From Planctomycetota bacterium (GTDB lineage Bacteria; Planctomycetota; SZUA-567; H5-PLA8): a stretch of 64,000 nucleotides of DNA. How positions within the stretch are numbered: the first letter of the stretch is position 1; each line of letters starts with the position of its first letter. Both the position numbers and the translations under genes were made by a program. The notes under the pieces are model-generated. The model was not told the DNA's origin and ran no database searches. It was given only the letters and a program-made list of their open reading frames with translations. The stretch lies in the NCBI GenBank assembly GCA_045863855.1, contig BTVV01000011.1, positions 27,480-91,479 of the forward strand, read 5' to 3'. Positions 19,752-30,000 of this stretch are shown here, piece by piece.

Positions 19752-19838
19752 GCGTATTCTAACATGGTGCAGGCGGTAAAGTCACGCATGCACGAGTAGA
19801 AAAAGGTTGCACGAGTGAGCTTTTGGGTCGTGGACCGA

Positions 19839-20723
19839 TCAGGGTGTGTTTTGTTCCGCTTGGATTTCGGCTTCCAATTGGGCATGGAGGAAGGCTCTTA
19901 ACGCGGCATCCGGTTCGCGTTTCACGAGCCACCGCGCAAGCGCGAATCGATCGGCGAATTCGCTGGGGCTCTTGCCGGTCGAATGCTGCATGTGGTAGTC
20001 GTGCGCCCAACGCCGCAACATTCGGAAGCGGTTCCAGACGCCGGAGGCATCCCACGACGAACTCAGCTTGGCGATATTCCGTTCGCAGATCAGCATGGCG
20101 TAGCGCATGGCCACGTCCCGCGTCAGGCTCGTGCGCGGATGTATAAACGGGCAGTAGAGAAACGTGACGCTCACTTGCTGGCCGCGCCCGCCTTCGGGGC
20201 GGCCGGCCACCACCTGGACCTGGTCGAAAGCCGGCGCTTCGGGCAGGACTCCGCTCGTGTATAGATCTTCGGCGAAGTCGGTCAGGCGCGATTCGGTGAC
20301 GCTGTCCTTGGTCAGATTCAAGAATGCTTCGGTTTGATCGTCGGGCAGGATAAAATCGAGGTCCACGGTTTCGACTTCGTGGAGATTCCGAACGTACGCC
20401 TGTGTGCCGACGGAGAAACACGCGGCGACGAGCATCGCGGCCACCATGGACGCGAGCGAGAAACGGCGAACGAACAGGAGGAGCGCGCCGTAGACGCCGC
20501 AGAAGGCCGCGGCCAGCGTCATCGGCGCGCCTTTCCATGTGTCGGGCGCAAAGGAGAGCGCGCCCAGCGGGCTGCGCATGAGCAGCACTGTCAAGGCGCC
20601 CGCGGCCAGCAGAAGCATCAGACCCAGACCGCGCATCCACCGGGACGTGCCGCCAGGCGTCGCGAGCTTTGGTTCGGGGACCGGCGCAAGGGAGGGCGGG
20701 TCTTGGGCTTCGTTCACGCCCAA
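19839..20723 (-). CDS. Hypothetical membrane protein (3 TM plus soluble domain), paralog of 20760-21743
   Basis: YGALLLFVRRFSL, FILPD and FLYCP motifs are shared with the neighbour. Start uncertain. Confidence 0.7.
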   Translation of the reverse strand: MGVNEAQDPPSLAPVPEPKLATPGGTSRWMRGLGLMLLLAAGALTVLLMRSPLGALSFAPDTWKGAPMTLAAAFCGVYGALLLFVRRFSLASMVAAMLVAACFSVGTQAYVRNLHEVETVDLDFILPDDQTEAFLNLTKDSVTESRLTDFAEDLYTSGVLPEAPAFDQVQVVAGRPEGGRGQQVSVTFLYCPFIHPRTSLTRDVAMRYAMLICERNIAKLSSSWDASGVWNRFRMLRRWAHDYHMQHSTGKSPSEFADRFALARWLVKREPDAALRAFLHAQLEAEIQAEQNTP

Positions 20724-20759
20724 GTTGTACCGGCGCGGAGCGTTTGAGTCACGCGGCGG

Positions 20760-21743
20760 CTACGGATTGAGTTTGAAATGCGCTTCCAGGAATTCTTTGC
20801 GCTCTGCATCCGTCTCGTTTTCCAAGAGCCAAGTTCGGGCGCGGTCCAGTTCGACCACGTATTTCGCCCGACCGTTTGAGGCGTCCAGTCGATTCCAGTC
20901 CACTTGGCTTTGGGCAAGCGTGGAAACCAAGCGATTGGTCTTGTTCAGCAGTTCGCGCTTCATGTAGAGCCGCACCAAGGCATCTTGTTCGGCGGGCGGG
21001 TTGAGATAGAGCGCATGCAGGTCGGGTTTTTCGCCCAGCGCGCGCAAACCCTCGAATTGCGCCATCCAGCCGGCGTACGCGATCAACGCGGCGCGTTCTT
21101 CGGGATTAACCTTGTACACGCGAGGGCAGAATTCGAAGCCGAGGAGGATATAGACGCTAGACGTACTGACTTCCGCCTGGGCTTGTTTGCCGACGGACTG
21201 CTTGTACGCGACGGTGTAGCGCACGTGCAGCGCCTCGTAGCTTCGAGCGCTGGCGTAACCGCCTTTTACCAGCCGCTCGTTCAAGGCACTCATCGCTTCC
21301 GGCGAGAGTTCCTTCTGCGCGCGGGACATGAAGGCCGGCAACGCGCGATCGGGGAGCCAGAAGCTGCTCTTGTACTCTTCATCTTCGACGATGGAGTGAA
21401 CTTGATCGTGGGCGAAGGAGGTGAGCGCCACGGCGAGCACGATGGAGACCCACAAAGCGGCGATCGAAAAACGCTTCAAAAAGAGAAGCAGGCCTCCGTA
21501 ACAGCCCAGTACGCCCGCCGCCGGAAGCAGCAGGTCGCCCTTCCACAGTCCGCCCGCCCATTCCCAGGCGCCTCTGGAGTCATAGGCATAAAGCGCCAGA
21601 CATCCGGCCGCGAACACCAGGAGTCCCAGTCCCACTCTTTGCACCGTGGTGAGAGAAAGGGGATGGCTTGGCGCGCGCCTCCTGCGTTTGGGCCGTGGTT
21701 CGGCGACAGGTTCGGCGGGCAGCGCGCTGCGGGTCATGATCAT
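20760..21743 (-). CDS. Hypothetical membrane protein (3 TM plus soluble domain)
   Basis: YGGLLLFLKRFSI, FWLPD and FEFCP motifs. Confidence 0.7.
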   Translation of the reverse strand: MIMTRSALPAEPVAEPRPKRRRRAPSHPLSLTTVQRVGLGLLVFAAGCLALYAYDSRGAWEWAGGLWKGDLLLPAAGVLGCYGGLLLFLKRFSIAALWVSIVLAVALTSFAHDQVHSIVEDEEYKSSFWLPDRALPAFMSRAQKELSPEAMSALNERLVKGGYASARSYEALHVRYTVAYKQSVGKQAQAEVSTSSVYILLGFEFCPRVYKVNPEERAALIAYAGWMAQFEGLRALGEKPDLHALYLNPPAEQDALVRLYMKRELLNKTNRLVSTLAQSQVDWNRLDASNGRAKYVVELDRARTWLLENETDAERKEFLEAHFKLNP

Positions 21744-21800
21744 GCTATTTAAGACGAACGGCGGATGACTACGTGACCGCGCTATATATTTTGGGCGGTT

Positions 21801-22328
21801 TCAGTCCGGATATCGGATCAGGCTGTGAACGTCGTACGGGGCGAGCCTCTCGCGGCCTTTCAGGAAATCCAGTTCGATGATGAAGCCGCAGCCAATCACC
21901 ACTCCGCCCAAGCCTTCGACGAGCTTCGCGCTGGCGACCATGGTGCCGCCGGTGGCCAGAAGGTCGTCGAGCAAGAGCACGTGATCGCCGGGCTTGATCG
22001 CGTCTTCGTGAATGGTGAGCGTGTCTTTGCCGTATTCGAGGTCGTAGGTGACGGACTTGGTTTTGAAGGGCAGCTTGCCCGGTTTGCGTACGGGCACGAA
22101 ACCTGCGCCCAGGTGGTAGGCCACCGCCGGCCCGAGGATGAAACCGCGCGCTTCGGCGCTGACCACCAGATCGACGCGCGTCCCGAAATAGTGCACGAAC
22201 ATCGCATCGACGATGTAGCGCAGCGCGGTCGGATTGCTGAGCAGGGGAACGATGTCCTTAAAGACGATCCCGGGCTTGGGAAAGTCGGGGATATCGCGCA
22301 CGAGGCTCTTTAAATTCACGGGCTGCAT
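21801..22328 (-). CDS. apt: Adenine phosphoribosyltransferase
   Basis: RDIPDFPKPGIVFKDI, EARGF, VRKPGKLP, YDLEYG, LLDDLLATGGT. Confidence 0.97.
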   Translation of the reverse strand: MQPVNLKSLVRDIPDFPKPGIVFKDIVPLLSNPTALRYIVDAMFVHYFGTRVDLVVSAEARGFILGPAVAYHLGAGFVPVRKPGKLPFKTKSVTYDLEYGKDTLTIHEDAIKPGDHVLLLDDLLATGGTMVASAKLVEGLGGVVIGCGFIIELDFLKGRERLAPYDVHSLIRYPD

Positions 22329-22351
22329 ACGGACTGCTCCAGTTCAAGGCT

Positions 22352-23470
22352 TCAGGACTTGCTGCCCTTTTTGTTCGCCGGGGTTTCGGGATCCGGCGGC
22401 ACGGCGGGCAAGCGCGTACTCATGCGGCGGCGTGGCGGGCTGCGTTGGGCGCGCGCGGGCGGAGGCGCCTTTTCTTCATCTTCGGCTTCTCCGGCTTCGC
22501 GAATTTCATTGGGCGTGGGCGGGCGCAGCCCGAACTTCTCGGCCTCCTTGCGCCGCTGCCGCAGTTCCCGGCGCTCGCGCTCTTCGCGCTCGTCCTTTTG
22601 TTGCATAAACAGTTGGAGCTTATGCAGCGCCTGATTCTCGATCTGCCGGACGCGCTCGCGCGTGAGCCCAATGCGCTCGCCGATTTTCTCCAGCGTGTGC
22701 GCCTCTTCCTCGCCCAGCCCGTAGCGCAGTTCGACGATCTTGCGCTCGCGGTCGGTCAGCGCGTACTCGAGCGCGTGCTTCAACGCTTCCATGTCGTACG
22801 ACTCGAGGCCCAGTTCCTCTTCGCGGCTGGGCACGCCGGCGAGCTGGTCGTCGATGTCGAGCGTGTCTTCCTGGTCGCCGCCGCGGCCCGTGGGCGCCAC
22901 CGCCGAAAGGGCCTGCCGGATCGCGATGATCTTGGCCGGCGCGAGTTTCAACGCTTTGCCGATTTCCTCGGGCGAAGGTTCGCGGCCCAGCTTTTGAGAA
23001 AGTTCGGCGCTCTTGCGCTTCCACTTGGTGATGATCTCGACCATGTACGCCGGAACGCGCACGGACTTGACCTTGTTGATCAATCCGCGGCGGATGGTCT
23101 GCTTAATCCACCAAGATGCGTAAGTCGAGAATTTGCAGCCTTGGTCGGGCGAAAAGCGCACGACGGCCTTGAGGAGACCCAAGTTGCCTTCTTCAATCAG
23201 ATCCAGCAGGGACATCCCGCGGTTGGTGTAGTTCTTGGCGATGGAGACGACCAGGCGCAGGTTCGAACGAATCATGCGATCGCGCGCCGCCATATCGTCT
23301 TTGGCGATACGGTACGCGAGTTCGCGTTCTTCATGCGGCTTCAGCAAGGCAAACTTGCTGATTTCCTGGAGGTACAGCTCCAGTTCGGTGTCGTTGCTGG
23401 CCGTGGCAAGGCTCCTCAATGCAGGGCCGGGGGGGTGGCGTGAAATGACCCGCCGGTCGAAATACCTCAC
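22352..23470 (-). CDS. Sigma-70 factor, RpoD/RpoS family lacking region 1.1, with a charged C-terminal extension
   Basis: LELYLQEI, NLRLVVSIAKNY, DLIEEGNLGL, KFSTYASWWIKQ, TRERVRQIE. Confidence 0.95.
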   Translation of the reverse strand: MRYFDRRVISRHPPGPALRSLATASNDTELELYLQEISKFALLKPHEERELAYRIAKDDMAARDRMIRSNLRLVVSIAKNYTNRGMSLLDLIEEGNLGLLKAVVRFSPDQGCKFSTYASWWIKQTIRRGLINKVKSVRVPAYMVEIITKWKRKSAELSQKLGREPSPEEIGKALKLAPAKIIAIRQALSAVAPTGRGGDQEDTLDIDDQLAGVPSREEELGLESYDMEALKHALEYALTDRERKIVELRYGLGEEEAHTLEKIGERIGLTRERVRQIENQALHKLQLFMQQKDEREERERRELRQRRKEAEKFGLRPPTPNEIREAGEAEDEEKAPPPARAQRSPPRRRMSTRLPAVPPDPETPANKKGSKS

Positions 23471-23575
23471 ACCTTATATAGAGATGTGTGCTCAGGTATG
23501 CAAGTCGGTGTCATGCTTAGCTCTGGAGTACTTTGAGAGTTGGGAATCGAGGTCGGCTGGCCTTCGCGCCGATTA

Positions 23576-23604
23576 CGTAAGATTATTAAGCAAAAGGCTT
23601 TACG
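23576..23604. promoter_or_regulatory. 29-bp dyad IHF-like site
   Basis: CGTAA-N19-TTACG. Related copies at 23673, 26944, 55474, 61704 and 61756. Confidence 0.45.
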
Positions 23605-23765
23605 AGTAAAAATACAAAACTGCTCGCACATTCTTTCTTGACAGACCCGTTTCTGCGGATACTAGTTACCTTCACAAGTCGTTAGCCTGTGTTAAGTTAG
23701 TTGAACGGCCCACGCCGCAGCGCGGTAGCGCTACGGAACCCTGAACTCTGCAGGAGGCTTCATTC

Positions 23766-24119
23766 ATGTCGGTAACCAAGAACGACATGGTAATCGAGAT
23801 TGCCAAGAAGACCGGCATCGAGCAGCAAAAGGTCAAGCAGGTCGTGCAGTTAACTCTCGATACCATCATCGATATCTTGGCCAAGGAGGGGCGCATCGAA
23901 CTGCGCAACTTCGGGGTCTTCGAAGTCCGCACGCGTAAGCCGCGCAAAGCTCGCAACCCGCGTACGGGTGAAGAGGTTATGGTCAGTAGCAAGCGCGTGG
24001 TGACCTTTAAAGCCGGTAAGATCATGGATGAGCGGATCGGCGAGATCATCGATGCGCAAAACGCCGCGGCGGCTGCCGCAGGCGGGCTGCCGGCTTCGGG
24101 TGCTTCGACCGGGGGTTAA
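23766..24119 (+). CDS. Integration host factor / HU family DNA-binding protein
   Basis: VTKNDMV, GRIELRNFGVF, RKARNPRTGE, VVTFKAGK; AGGAGG RBS. Confidence 0.95.
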   Translation: MSVTKNDMVIEIAKKTGIEQQKVKQVVQLTLDTIIDILAKEGRIELRNFGVFEVRTRKPRKARNPRTGEEVMVSSKRVVTFKAGKIMDERIGEIIDAQNAAAAAAGGLPASGASTGG

Positions 24120-24374
24120 GGCCCCGGTTGGACCGCAGCTTCCCACCACCACGACGAGCTTCTCGGTAACTCTTTATCGGCCTGGAGTTAACACCCGCGT
24201 GCCAGCGCGGGTGTGGGGTGCGGTTTTGACTTATGTGTACTTGGTGGAACCCGTGCTCGCTCACGGTACACTTTCGCACGTCTCACCTTGCAGAAACGCG
24301 GGACGCTGCCGGCCTCAAGAGGATGGCAGTCCCGGTGCGTTTATAACTCAATAAGAGGAAAGCTCGAATCTTCC

Positions 24375-25052
24375 GTGGTGCAGCCTCAGTCTAAAGGCCA
24401 TGCAGAGCCCCAGGCGGGCGCTGCGACCGGAGCCGACTCCGACGCGGATCTCGTGGATCGCGCCGTAGCCGGCCAGCGGGAGGCGTACGAAGCGCTGGTG
24501 GAGCGCTATCAGGATCGTGTCTTTTCGTTGCTTCTGCGGCAGACCGGCTCGCGCGAAGACGCGGAAGATCTGGCCCAGGAGACATTCCTTAAAGCATACC
24601 GAGCGCTGGGCAGTTTTCGCAAGGGCGCGCAGTTTTACACGTGGCTGTTCCGGATTGCCGTCAACGCGGCTTTCTCGCGCGGCCGGCAGACGGCTCGCCG
24701 CGCGGCGCGCGAAGGCGTGAGCCTGGACGGCGGACATACGGAGGCGGACGAAGGGGGCGCGTTGGGGCGCCAAATGGAGCAGACGAGCGCTCGCGCGCCG
24801 GAAGAAGAACTGGAGCGCGAAGACGTGCGCCGGCGCGTGCGGGAAGGACTGGCGCAGATCAAAGAGGAGTATCGCGCCATTCTGCTGCTGCGCGAAATGG
24901 AAGGCATGGATTACGACGCTATCGGGGACGCGCTGGAGCTTTCGAGGGCGGCGGTGAAATCGAGGCTGCATCGCGCTCGGCTGGAACTGGCGCGCGTGCT
25001 AAAGGATCTGGCTCCGGACGGAGCAAGCGGAGCGGACGAGACGGAAGCGTGA
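24375..25052 (+). CDS. ECF sigma-70 factor (RpoE-like)
   Basis: DADLV, LVERYQ, DAEDLAQETF, FYTWLFRIAVN, AVKSRLHRAR. Start GTG 24375 or 24378. Confidence 0.93.
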   Translation: MVQPQSKGHAEPQAGAATGADSDADLVDRAVAGQREAYEALVERYQDRVFSLLLRQTGSREDAEDLAQETFLKAYRALGSFRKGAQFYTWLFRIAVNAAFSRGRQTARRAAREGVSLDGGHTEADEGGALGRQMEQTSARAPEEELEREDVRRRVREGLAQIKEEYRAILLLREMEGMDYDAIGDALELSRAAVKSRLHRARLELARVLKDLAPDGASGADETEA

Positions 25053-25074
25053 GGACGGATCGGCGAAGCGGATC

Positions 25075-26673
25075 ATGAACGCGCACGAAGACCTGGATAC
25101 GCGGCTGAGCGAATACCTCGACGGAGAGTTGTCCGCCGAGGAGCGCGAAGCCGTCGAGCGCCTGCTCGCGCAGAGCGCCGAAGCTCGCGCCGAATTGGAG
25201 GCGCTGCGCCGCGCGTCGAATTGGGTCCGCGAGTTGCCGCGGGAATCCGCGCCGGCGAACCTGCTTAATAAGGTGAGCGTCGGGATTCGCACGGAACCCG
25301 TGGCGTCTGGCAAGGCTGTCGAAGCCGGAGCCGAATTCGCGCGCGCGCATCGGCCCAGGCATTGGTCGCGCGGGATGCTCTCTGTTGCCGCGCTGGTCTG
25401 CGTCGCGGTGTTGCTGTTCGCACTCGTCGGCCCGCAGATGCGCAATCAACCCGTTCCGCAGCCAGATGCAGCCGCGAAAAATAGCGTTCCTTCGGCATCC
25501 GCTCCCAAGGGAGAAGATAGCCGAGAAAGCCTGGATCGACTCGAGGCGGCTGCGGCCGAGCCGTTGGCGGCAGAGGATGCGGCGCCTTACGACGATGCGC
25601 ACGCTGAATCCAAGGCGTCGCGGGCATGGGCGCCCAAAGATACGGCGCCGCCGGCCAAGGAATCCTTGAATCTGGACCCCAAGCGCCCCCGGGAAAACGA
25701 ATATTTAAAGAAGGAAGAAGGAGGCGGGAAACAGGCTGGCGCTTCGCGCGATACGACGAGCCAGGGCATCGGAAAAGTCGAGTCGGCGGATGCTGGGAGT
25801 CTTCCACGTGAGCCTGTGCTTGCGCCCAAACCGCAAGGGCCGGCCGAGCATCAAGTGGATGCGCCCAAGTCTCTGGCGACAGTAGGGCAAATCCCAGAGG
25901 CCAAGGCAGGGCCCTCGCCCTCGGCGCCTCCGGCGGAACTTCCGGCGCCGGAACCACGAGCGCAGGAAGCTCAACCGGTGCGCAGGCCTCGATCGCCTGT
26001 AACGAGCGGCGATGTGGATGTTGCTCGCCCCAACCAGGATGCTCAACCCCCAGGTCAGGAACAACCAGAAGGGGAAGCGAAAACTTTCGTTACCGATCAA
26101 CCCAAGGCAGAAGCCGAGCTTAAGCAAGAAACCGAACTCCTCGATCAAGCCGCCGCGTCGATGGTACTAAGCGCTTCGCCTCAGGAATGGGCCGCGGTAA
26201 CACGAGAAGTGATGGCACTGGCGCGCGTGCACGGCGGGCGATTGGACGCGTCCGGTCCGGCCCGCGCGGAACCGCCTGCACGCAGTCCCGTGCCGTCCGA
26301 AGCCACCGCTCCTGAAGCACCCGGCCGATCCGCAATCGAAGCGGGCGAGGGTGCGCGTTCGGACCTCGCGACTAAGTCGAAAGAGGTATCCGCAGACTCC
26401 CGGCCGCCAGCCCACTTGGTGCTTAAAGTTCGTGTTCCCAAGGCGCGACAGAGTGCACTGGTGAAGGATTTGGAGAAACTGGTGCAAAATGGCCGCTGGA
26501 GTCTTTCGACCGGCGCCAAAGCGGATGCTGCCAGGTCGGCCGAAGAAGCTCAGGTTGAAACTCCAGCGCCCACCAAACCAGCGCCGGCGCAAGAGGTTGC
26601 GGAAAACGACGAGGTTCGGACCCTGATCGAATGGGTTGATGTCCTGATTGAGCTTCGCGACGGCACACGTTAA
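25075..26673 (+). CDS. Putative anti-sigma factor: N-terminal ASD, one TM, long disordered periplasmic region
   Basis: LSEYLDGELSAEEREAVERLL ASD-like motif without Zn Cys; TM LSVAALVCVAVLLFALV; Pro/Ala/Glu-rich linker; directly follows the ECF sigma. Confidence 0.8.
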   Translation: MNAHEDLDTRLSEYLDGELSAEEREAVERLLAQSAEARAELEALRRASNWVRELPRESAPANLLNKVSVGIRTEPVASGKAVEAGAEFARAHRPRHWSRGMLSVAALVCVAVLLFALVGPQMRNQPVPQPDAAAKNSVPSASAPKGEDSRESLDRLEAAAAEPLAAEDAAPYDDAHAESKASRAWAPKDTAPPAKESLNLDPKRPRENEYLKKEEGGGKQAGASRDTTSQGIGKVESADAGSLPREPVLAPKPQGPAEHQVDAPKSLATVGQIPEAKAGPSPSAPPAELPAPEPRAQEAQPVRRPRSPVTSGDVDVARPNQDAQPPGQEQPEGEAKTFVTDQPKAEAELKQETELLDQAAASMVLSASPQEWAAVTREVMALARVHGGRLDASGPARAEPPARSPVPSEATAPEAPGRSAIEAGEGARSDLATKSKEVSADSRPPAHLVLKVRVPKARQSALVKDLEKLVQNGRWSLSTGAKADAARSAEEAQVETPAPTKPAPAQEVAENDEVRTLIEWVDVLIELRDGTR

Positions 26674-27054
26674 CTTAAATCAAATTAACAAGTTAGATCC
26701 ATTTCAGGTCTGAATTTAGCGGCCTCGTGCATCCCCAATGGGATGGGCGAGGGAGACGCCCTAATTATGCACTAAATTAAGCTTCCTTAGTTTCCAAGGC
26801 TTCACACAACTTATTGAGTGGGCGCAAGCTAGCGGAGTGCTTGGAATGGGTCTGCACGAATGGTTAAGGAAAGTGAGCATATTTTTTCTATTGAAGGAGG
26901 GGGCGGGTACGACATAATGCCCGGAATTACCGAGGCCACACGCTCTAAGTCCTGGTAATTCCGGAGCTTCACGGGTGCTATCGGCCTGCCAGCCGAAGAT
27001 TCGTGAAGGGCGGAAGATTATGCTGTTTGGCCTGGGACGAAGTGGAGATTGGGC

Positions 27055-30000
27055 ATGCACGGTCGTCGACTAGCCATCATGGTTTTGCTGTCCTTCGGTT
27101 CGGCGTTGCTGTTGGGCCGCGCGATCTTCAGTCAGCGCGGTACGCAGCCGACTGAGGAACAGCGAGGAACGGAAGCCGATCGTTTGCCGCTTGCGCATCT
27201 GGTTGCGGCGCAGCCGGAGCGCGAAGGGGCTGCCGATGCCGATGGATTCCGCGTGCCGGCGGGGTTGGAGCCGGTGGATCGTACGCTGGAGGTGACGCCG
27301 GAAGCGGTTCAGAATGTGAACAACCGCATGGCGACGGTCTTCTCGAGCGACTACCACGAAGGTGTGCTGCATCGCCGCGATTTCGGTCATCGGGCTTCGT
27401 TGCGCTGGGTTCCGCAGGGGCAGGATTTCCGGGTCGGGTTCGACCGCGTTCATGAAGTTCCGGCGCAGGTGGGTTCGCGCGCGGAGGTCGTCGATGCCGG
27501 TGAGGCGCAGCGCGTGGTGTACCGGGGCACTTATCCGGGGGTGGACGAACGCTTCGAAGTACGCACCGACGGCGGCGTGGAGCACGATTTCATCCTGAAC
27601 GAGCGCGCCGAGATTCCGGCTAACGCGGAGAGCATGACGTTCCACGGGCGGATCGAACTGAGCCGCGGCATGACGGTGTGGGACGGCGCGATCCAGGTTC
27701 AGGGACGCTACAAGGCCACTCAGGGGCTGGAATTCAAGGACGCGCGAGGGAATACGGCGTTCCGGTTGAGCCGCGGCGTGGCGTACGACAAGCAGGTGAC
27801 GCTCCCGAATGGCCGCTGCGACATGGAGAAGCTGTCGGAAGACGCGCGCAACGCGGTGCTGTGCGAATACTTCGTCGAACCGCGCGAGGACGGCGGCATT
27901 GATCTGGCCATCGCGGTGCCGGCGAAGTGGCTGAGCGATTCGCGGCGCACGTATCCGGTGGTGGTCGACCCGAACATCGGTCCCGGCGGCCTGAGCGACG
28001 CGAGTCTTGCGGGCGGGATTCCGTTCTACACGGGCACGGCGGCCGGTTCGCAGAACTTCGGCCTGATCAACGGCAACGCGACCCAATTGACCTTCCCGTT
28101 CGTCTGCGCGACGAAGTTCGACGACGCGGCCGACTTCATCGTGATGCCCTTCAATTTCGTGTACTACGGGATTCTGCGCGGGCCGGGGACGCCGTTCCCG
28201 ATCCTGTGGGTGCACTTGAACGGCTACGCCTCGTGGGCCGCTCCGTTCCCGCCCGACCCGATCAGCCAGTGCCCGGTGCTCTGTTCGCAGCCCGAATTCG
28301 TGAACGGTCCGATTCCGACGGCGGGCTGTCCCTTGGACGCCTTCTTCGTCTACCACGACGACCTGCGCCTCAGCGGGCAGCCGAACACGGGCGTGTACTG
28401 GCTGCTGCAGGGGCAGACGGGTAATCGCCGCCTGATCGTCGAGTGGTTCAAGATGGGCTTCGTGGGCGGCGCGGCGAACGAAGTGATCACGTTCCAGCTC
28501 ATTCTGTACGAGTGCAATAACACGATTCAGTTCAACCTGATTTTGGACGAGTCGGAAGTGGACCGGCAGCGCGCGAGCATCGGGATCGAGAATCCGTCGG
28601 GCACGATCGGGATTCAGTACGATTTCGACAGCATCACGGCCGGCGCGCCCGATCCGGCGGGCCAGCCCACGGCGCTGCCTCCGATCACGCCCGGCACGGC
28701 GGTGACCTTCGTTCCGGCCTTGGGCGCCAATCTCAACGTAACCGTGGACGGGAATATCCTGACGGCCGGCCAGGCCTACGACCCGGGTTCGTGTATTCCG
28801 GCGCGCAGTTGCTTCGTGGCCAACGTGACGCCGCCGGTCATTTCGTGCGGCGGCGCGGGGCCCGCGATTCCGCCTTCGTTCGGCTTCCAATGGCAGATCA
28901 CGGTGCCGGACCCCAACACGGGCGGCACGTCGCTGATCGCGTTGTACAACACGCGGTCGTTCTGCCGAACCTTTACCACGCCGGGTGCGCTGCGCATCCA
29001 GTTGGTCGTGATCGATTCGTTCGGCGTGCCATCGGTTTTCGGGCCGTTCACGTACCAAGCCTGCGACTTCCCGCGCGTTTTGATCTCGGCCGATCCGCAG
29101 GGCGGGAATGTGCCGCTGGCGGTGAATTTCTTCTCGAATTCGATCTCCTCGACCATCGATTACCGCGCGTTCGACGACGCCAATACGTTCCCGGTGGGTA
29201 CGCGGCTGACGGCGCCGACGGATGTGGCGGTGACGGCCGGCGCGGACGGCCAGTTACATACGCGGCCGGTGGGCGACGACCTTATCGATAACTCCACCTC
29301 GCCGCCGCAGATTCTGGTGGGGCTCAATCTGGTCATCGACACGAAGGCGGCGAACGGCGGCGCGGTGATCGTGGCGGGCGATCCGGTCGCCGGGCTGACG
29401 ACGGTGCCGGGTGGCGATGACGTGATCGTGGGCAACAACATTGTGGACGGTGGCAACGGCACGGCCGAGACGACGGCTTTGCCTCCCGACCTGCAGATCA
29501 TCGCATTGAACGATCTGACGCCGCCTGGCGCGTCGCTCTTCTGGGAGATCGAGCGCTACATCGAGCCGTTCCTGGGCACGCCGCCGGTCTTCTACGCTTC
29601 AATGACGCCGGGCGATGCCGCGCCGCAGTTCACGTTCACCGAACCGGGCATCTACCGCGTGACGGCGAACTGGACGGGCGTGGACGTGGTCACGAACCTG
29701 CCCACGTTGGGCAAGTACCCGGTTTACGTCTTCACCGAAGATCCGAACACGCCGGTAGACGACAACATGGTGATCGAAGCGTCGACCTTCTCGGTGGCTT
29801 GGAAGGGTAAGACGGACGGCCCCGACCCGGACATCCTGCCGGACGATCCGAACAAGGATTCGTTCACCGTGCGCGGGACGCTGAGCCTGCCCGAGTTGAC
29901 GCCTTCGATGATCGCTTCGCGCCACCTGCGGGCGAACCTGATCGTGAACGCGAACACGCTGGTCTTCGATGTCGGCAACGGGCGCTTGAATCCGAACGGC

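Noticed and set aside
24214..24232. GGGGTGCGGTTTTGAC resembling a tmRNA 5' end
   Set aside because: There is no matching T-arm/CCA 3' end or tag-peptide region, and the spacer is too short.
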